Shown piece after piece: positions 62,081-64,000 of a stretch of 64,000 nt of DNA. The position numbers were made by a program, and so were the translations under genes. Within the stretch, counting starts at the first letter, position 1. Every line of letters begins with the position of its first letter. The stretch comes from Lama glama (taxonomy: Eukaryota). The notes under the pieces were generated by a model that had not been told where the DNA came from, searched no databases, and saw only the letters and a list, made by a program, of their open reading frames with translations. The stretch spans positions 20,462,001 to 20,526,000 of the forward strand of contig CM052818.1 of the NCBI GenBank assembly GCA_028534125.1, in the 5' to 3' direction.

Positions 62081-63309
62081 ACACACACTGCACAACTGCA
62101 GGGGGCACCATTCACATGGTAGTCTCTGCGGATGAGTCCCCTGGAGCTGGACAGCCAGAGGTAAGTGACAGAGTTAGAACGCAGACCCTCAGCTCCTGAC
62201 TCTCAGAGTCCGATATTCCACCCACCACACCACACCTGTCCTGCAAGGAGCTCTGACCACTGGGCTCGCACCCGACCCATGCAACTGGCTTGGGTGTTGC
62301 CACTGTGTGTCACTGTGACCCTCAGGTGTCTGCGTGCCTGTGTTTTGGGGTGACTGAGTTTGAGGCAAACGAGGTAAGAAATTCGCAGTCAAAGTTCCTC
62401 CTAACCATAGCCTCAACTTTCACTGGAAACCTCTAGGCAAACCTCTCCTCAGAACAGCCCACAAAGGTCACACATGCCCAATTCGAGTTTCGTTTCCCTT
62501 TCCACCTGTTGTCAGGCACTGAGGCCTAGAAAGAAGCAAAAAGTAAAGGGCGGGTCAGAAAAGGATGACTCCAGAAAGGAGAAGGAGAGGCTGGCACTGC
62601 CTATGTTGCACCAATCAAGTTGTAGGTAACAGACTTTCTTTTTCACTTGGAGGAGGGTGGGGAGGAAGGGAGGAGGAAATAGGAGGGAGAAGAATGGAGA
62701 AGACTCAGGGGTTCTTACCCAAAGCAGAGGATCCACTACCCAAGGCCTGCGCCCCTTTAGTGCTGGCTAGTTTCTCCTGGAGGCCCTTGGGCACACTCCT
62801 GTCCCCCGAGGTGCCTGCCACAGAAGAGGCAAGCCAGACAGAGCAGAAGCCCTTCCTGCAGCAGGCGTCCTCCTCACTGCTGCTTTTTGGAAAGCACAAA
62901 ATATGGAGGCACTACAATGGGCAAGTCTTGAGCAGCTGCTGGGTGCTGATTTTAGAGCTAGCCATCAATTAAACTAAAGACTCTTCATTTGAGGGGCTTG
63001 CTCCTATTGGGGAAGTGCACTGGCTGATTAAAAAGCAGAGGAAGCACATGCAATTAAATATTTTTAAGGGTTCCACTTGATTCACAGGCTTCCAAGAGCA
63101 CTTACTTTCATGCACTAAGGGGAGAGGAGGATTTCTTCTTTCTCTAACACCTTCCATGGTAATGCAAAGATATTACATAGGCTTTAGTGTACATCCCTGC
63201 AGGGCACAGGGGAGGGATTTAATACACATTTGTACATATGGGCTCAGTGGATGAATGGCCTGACTTTAAACTGGATCTGCACAACTGAATCATGGAGATG
63301 ATTTCCTTG

Positions 63310-63870
63310 GGAAGCCATCAACATGTACACAAATGTTCCTAGCAGCTTCCTTCATAACAGTCAAATACTGAAAACAACCCTAATGTCCAAGAACAGGTAA
63401 ATGAATAAGCAAACCATACTGAACCCATATGATAGACGTTTACTCAGCAATAAAGAATGAACTACTAGTACATGCAACACAACGAACGCTAGGGGAAAGC
63501 AGCCAAAAGAGTATTTACTGTACTATTTTACTTACATGATATTCTTCTAGAACAGACAAAACTAATCTACAATGACAAAAAGCCTACTGGTGATCTTCTG
63601 GAGGTGGAGGCACAGAGAATCATTCAATCATTTTCTGAATACTGTGTTTTACAATATTAAAGTATATATTCAATTAAAAACAAAAACAAAAAGCCAAAGA
63701 GCCACAGAAGAACTTTGGGGGAAGATGAAAATTTTCTATATGTTAATTGGGTGGTGGTTACATGAATGTATATGTTTATCAAATCATATCAAGCCACACT
63801 TTTAAAATAGATGCATTTTTTTGCGTGTAATTGATACCTCAATGAAGTCATTTTTGAAAAAGGGAAAAAA
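63310..63870 (+). mobile_element. Old L1 (L1MC/ME-like) ORF2 end plus 3'UTR
   Basis: aaatgttcctagcagcttccttcataacagtcaaatactgaaaacaaccc...tactcagcaataaagaatgaactact...atacctcaatgaag followed by an A-tail. Confidence 0.85.
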
Positions 63871-64000
63871 AAGAAGCCATCATTTCACATAAGGATTGCT
63901 CTACAATTTTCCCTTAAATAACAAATCATCTTCCCACCCTCAGGGCATTTAAAATTTCATATTCCATTTTTAAAAATAAAAGGGTTCATTCAGAGTTTTT

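Noticed and set aside
232..63805. The many 60-176 aa ORFs as host genes
   Set aside because: No recognisable domains, many begin at non-ATG codons, and sizes are those expected by chance or lie within repeats
1..64000. CRISPR array, tRNA/rRNA, operon-like or defence system, or a named host gene
   Set aside because: No regularly spaced repeat-spacer array or structural RNA was recognised; the sequence is eukaryotic repeat-rich DNA; no coding exon is available to assign a gene symbol

Overview
This is mammalian (eutherian) non-coding genomic DNA, most likely intronic. The young L1 3' tail at 37.8-38.1 kb and the absence of Alu, B1, Bov-A and PRE SINEs suggest a cetartiodactyl, probably a camelid (inference from recalled consensus, not a search). 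I could not recognise any host protein-coding exon. The listed ORFs appear to be chance ORFs or L1 remnants. The window is dominated by transposon fossils (MIR, L2, L3/CR1, old L1M, MLT1/LTR33, MER53/MER3/MER5/MER20). It also holds one young 5'-complete L1 (5'UTR plus disabled ORF1) that runs into a 500-N gap. Non-repeat signals are a small CpG/NRF1-like cluster at ~41 kb followed by a minus-strand splice donor (candidate internal promoter), several candidate short non-coding minus-strand exons, a candidate plus-strand micro-exon/intron, a pre-miRNA-sized hairpin, a ~31-nt L1 micro-insertion with a 21-bp TSD and a 66-bp local duplication. I see no solid evidence for a novel multi-gene system. 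Repeat boundaries are by eye and approximate, and subfamily names are tentative.
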